A stretch of 51,182 nt of DNA from Rhodobiaceae bacterium (GTDB lineage Bacteria > Pseudomonadota > Alphaproteobacteria > Rhizobiales > Tepidamorphaceae): assembly GCA_007118805.1 (NCBI GenBank), contig SKQW01000231.1, forward strand, positions 1 to 51,182. The letters run 5' to 3'. Under the pieces are notes generated by a model. It was not told where the DNA came from, did no database searches, and worked only from the letters and a program-made list of their open reading frames with translations. Positions 48,777-51,182 of the stretch are shown here, one piece after another. The position numbers and the translations under genes were made by a program. Every line of letters starts with the position of its first letter. Position 1 is the first letter of the stretch.

Positions 48777-50339
48777 TCAATGCTTCTCCACCCCGTGCAA
48801 CAGGAGGAAGAAGGAAGGCTGCAGCCGGAAATTTTCGACGTTGACGGTCGCGGCGGCATTCTGCTGCCAGTTCGCCACGAAGGCCCACGGCGCATCCTCA
48901 TGCACGATCTCCTGCACCTCGCGATAGAGCGCTGCCCGCTCGTCCTGGTCCGTGGACTGGCGCGCGCGCTCGAGAAGATCATCGACCTCGGGGTTGGAGT
49001 AGTAGCCGGAGTTGAAGCCGCCCTCCTCGGGCCACGCCCCGGTCCTCAGCGTCAGGTAGGGAAGCGTATCGGGATCGTTGGTCATCCATGACATCTGGGC
49101 CATGTCGGCCTTGCCTTCGAGGCCAGGGTTCACCTCGGCGAGGAAGGTGTTCCATTCGAAGGTCTGGATCTCAACGTTCAACCCGACTTCGGCAAGGTCG
49201 GCCTGAATGGCCGTCCCCATGGGGACAGGGTCGAGCATCCCCGAGCCGCCCTCGGTGACGTAGAAGGTGAGATCCGCCCCTTCGTGGCCGGCTTCCGCGA
49301 TCAGTTCACGGGCCCGTTCCGGATCGTAGGGATAGGGTTCGAGCTCCTCGTTATAGGCCCAAGCGAAGGCCGGCGGTGTCGGCCCGGCCGCGATCACGGC
49401 GGTGCCCTGGAGGATGTCGTTGACGATGGCCTCCTTGTCGATGGCGTAGTTGACCGCCTGGCGCATCCGCTGGTCGGAAAAGGGGCCTTCCTTGGTGTTC
49501 AGAATTAGGAACCAGACATGGGGGCCGGCCTGCTCGTGAATCTCGAACATCGGATCGTCGCGGAAGTCGGCCACCGAGTCCGGCGGGACCTCGACCATCA
49601 GGTCAATGCCGCCGGCCAACATTTCCGAGACCCGGGTGTTGGCATCCGTGATCGGTCGGAAAACGACAGCCTCAAGGCTGGGCGCGCCATCCCAGTAGTC
49701 CGCATTGCGCTCCACCACGACTCGCTCGCCCGAGCGCCACTCGGCAAAGCGGAAGGGGCCAGTACCCGAAGGATTGCGGCCGAAATCCTCGCCATATTCC
49801 TCCACCGCGGCCGGCGACACGATCAGGCCCGTGGGATAGGCGAGATTGGAAAGGAACGGGGCAAAGGGCTCCGACAGGGAGAATTCGACGCTCATGTCAT
49901 CGATGACGGTAACCTCGTCGATGGTGTCGAAGAAAAAGGCGAGCGGGAACGGCCCGGTATCGTGATAGGGGTGGTCCTCGTCGAGCATGCGGTCGAAATT
50001 GAACTTCACCGCTTCGGCGTCGAGTGGGCTGCCGTCATGGAAGGTGACGCCCTCGCGCAGCGCGAAGGTGTAGGTCAGCCCGTCCTCCGAGATCTCCCAG
50101 CTCTCGGCCAGCGCCGGCTCGACTTCAAGCGTGCCGTCGGCATAGCGCACCAGGCCGTCATAGACGTTCATCAGAATGCGGAAGTCATTGACGGCGGTAA
50201 CCGCGTGAGGGTCGAGCGAACGCGGCTCGGCGATCTGGCCGACCACGAGGACGCCCGGCGGCGTCTGTGCCACAGACGGGCCAGTCAGCGCCAACGCGAC
50301 CGTCGCCGCAGCGGCAAGGCTGAACAGTGATCGCTGCAT
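48777..50339 (-). CDS. ABC transporter substrate-binding protein, family 5 (peptide/nickel/opine type)
   Basis: ATG 50339 follows the RBS AAGGGAGGA. Signal peptide MQRSLFSLAAAATVALALTGPSVAQ. The track start at 50477 is an over-extension. Confidence 0.88.
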   Translation of the reverse strand: MQRSLFSLAAAATVALALTGPSVAQTPPGVLVVGQIAEPRSLDPHAVTAVNDFRILMNVYDGLVRYADGTLEVEPALAESWEISEDGLTYTFALREGVTFHDGSPLDAEAVKFNFDRMLDEDHPYHDTGPFPLAFFFDTIDEVTVIDDMSVEFSLSEPFAPFLSNLAYPTGLIVSPAAVEEYGEDFGRNPSGTGPFRFAEWRSGERVVVERNADYWDGAPSLEAVVFRPITDANTRVSEMLAGGIDLMVEVPPDSVADFRDDPMFEIHEQAGPHVWFLILNTKEGPFSDQRMRQAVNYAIDKEAIVNDILQGTAVIAAGPTPPAFAWAYNEELEPYPYDPERARELIAEAGHEGADLTFYVTEGGSGMLDPVPMGTAIQADLAEVGLNVEIQTFEWNTFLAEVNPGLEGKADMAQMSWMTNDPDTLPYLTLRTGAWPEEGGFNSGYYSNPEVDDLLERARQSTDQDERAALYREVQEIVHEDAPWAFVANWQQNAAATVNVENFRLQPSFFLLLHGVEKH

Positions 50340-50701
50340 AATATCCTCCCTTAAAGGCCCGTTTGAGAGTTCGAATGGGCCGCGTTGCTGCCGATTTTCG
50401 GCGTGCAGCTCCAACCCAATTCTCAATCGGGTACTAACAGGTGTCGCGCGGCGCGCGCGCAGCATGGTCGGGCGCATAATCCCATTGGCTGCTGGCAGTC
50501 GCGCTCTTTTCTCGTCTTGTCGAGACCGGCGGATCCATCACCCATGAATGCAGTCGATCACTCCTTTCGCTCGCGTGCAAGCGTGACGCCGGGAGAAGGC
50601 AAGCTGTGCGGCCAACGCTGCAACCACGTCACAACATTACCGGTGTCTTCAAGTTAAACGCAGCGGATCGACCACGACGTCCGGTTAAGGATGGCGGATA
50701 A

Positions 50702-51182
50702 TCAGTGCGGCGGAGCTATCGACGGCGTTTCCGGTGGCGGCGTTCGAGGCTGATCAGGCCCCGTCGGCGTCAAAACGCCTTCCTCATTGCTTCGCATGTC
50801 CGACTCGCCGGACAGGAAGTCGGCGAAAGTCGACAATCCCGCGATATGGCTGCACAGGATCTTAATCACCACCATAAGCGGGACGGCTACCAGCATCCCG
50901 ATGATGCCCCACAGCCACCCCCAGAAGGCGATCGCGAGGAACACGGCAACCGGGTTCATCGCTAGCCGCCGCCCGACGAGCGCTGGTGTGACGAACTGGC
51001 CCTCCAGTGCTGTCAGGAACAGATAGATCGTCGGGGCCAGCGCTGCCTGGGCGACTGTGGGGAACGTGCCAAGTGCGATTGCCGTCACCAGACCAATCCC
51101 GATCAGGGAGCCGACATAGGGGATGAAGTTGAGGACGGCTGCCAAGGCCCCCCAGAGCGCAGGATTCGGCATGCCTATCGCC
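50702..51182 (-). CDS. AI-2E family transporter (PerM/UPF0118), C-terminal part; 5' end runs off the window
   Basis: LNFIPYVGSLIG motif. The frame stays open upstream to the window edge. Confidence 0.8.
   Translation of the reverse strand, partial: AIGMPNPALWGALAAVLNFIPYVGSLIGIGLVTAIALGTFPTVAQAALAPTIYLFLTALEGQFVTPALVGRRLAMNPVAVFLAIAFWGWLWGIIGMLVAVPLMVVIKILCSHIAGLSTFADFLSGESDMRSNEEGVLTPTGPDQPRTPPPETPSIAPPH

Noticed and set aside
50365-50385. GTTCGAAT, a tRNA T-loop-like sequence in the 362-nt gap upstream of the ABC binding-protein gene
   Set aside because: No acceptor, D-arm or anticodon-arm pairing can be drawn around it. There is only a 5-bp GGCCC/GGGCC stem with a 16-nt loop.

Overview
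High-GC (about 65%) alphaproteobacterial, Rhizobiales-like chromosomal window that appears to span the replication origin. From the left it holds rho-hemJ-hemE (minus strand). A 386-bp AT-richer gap follows. Then comes the conserved origin-flanking block: DUF299/PDRP, maf, aroE, coaE, dnaQ. After that come housekeeping genes: secB, fxsA, Tim44-like, mltA, smr, a frameshifted XRE regulator, hslVU, hisB-DUF2628-hisHAFE-coaA. The right-hand 33 kb is more accessory. It contains a DUF1028 / N-formylglutamate-amidohydrolase-family / 2-hydroxyacid-dehydrogenase operon, a small membrane protein plus an acidic PRC-barrel protein, a PAS-only protein and ettA. It also contains an ectoine/hydroxyectoine uptake and catabolism cluster (TeaA/UehA-like TRAP transporter, MocR/EnuR-like and AsnC regulators, eutB-eutC-doeA). 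Next is a same-strand run pcaI-pcaJ-pcaH-pcaG, a penicillin-acylase-family gene, a GH3-family gene and a dienelactone-hydrolase-like gene. The window ends with a single-domain response regulator convergent with a CHASE-PAS-HWE histidine kinase, csbD, a PLDc_N mini-protein, a peptide-type ABC importer with a permease-ATPase fusion, and a partial AI-2E transporter. By eye I found no rRNA, tRNA, CRISPR array, transposase or integrase. Main second-look items: (1) the hemE/DUF299 gap as candidate oriC. (2) Five perfect and one near-perfect GGAAC-N16/17-CGTT (sigma-EcfG general stress response) promoter motifs, each correctly oriented upstream of a gene. (3) The uncharacterised GH3 plus penicillin-acylase pair attached to pca genes. 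(4) A shared CAAT-N6-ATTGACATG candidate operator at both promoter regions of the ectoine locus. (5) A 1-nt frameshift splitting a conserved XRE regulator. Many long ORFs in the supplied track are antisense or N-terminally over-extended high-GC artefacts. All family assignments come from motif recognition by eye, not from database searches.
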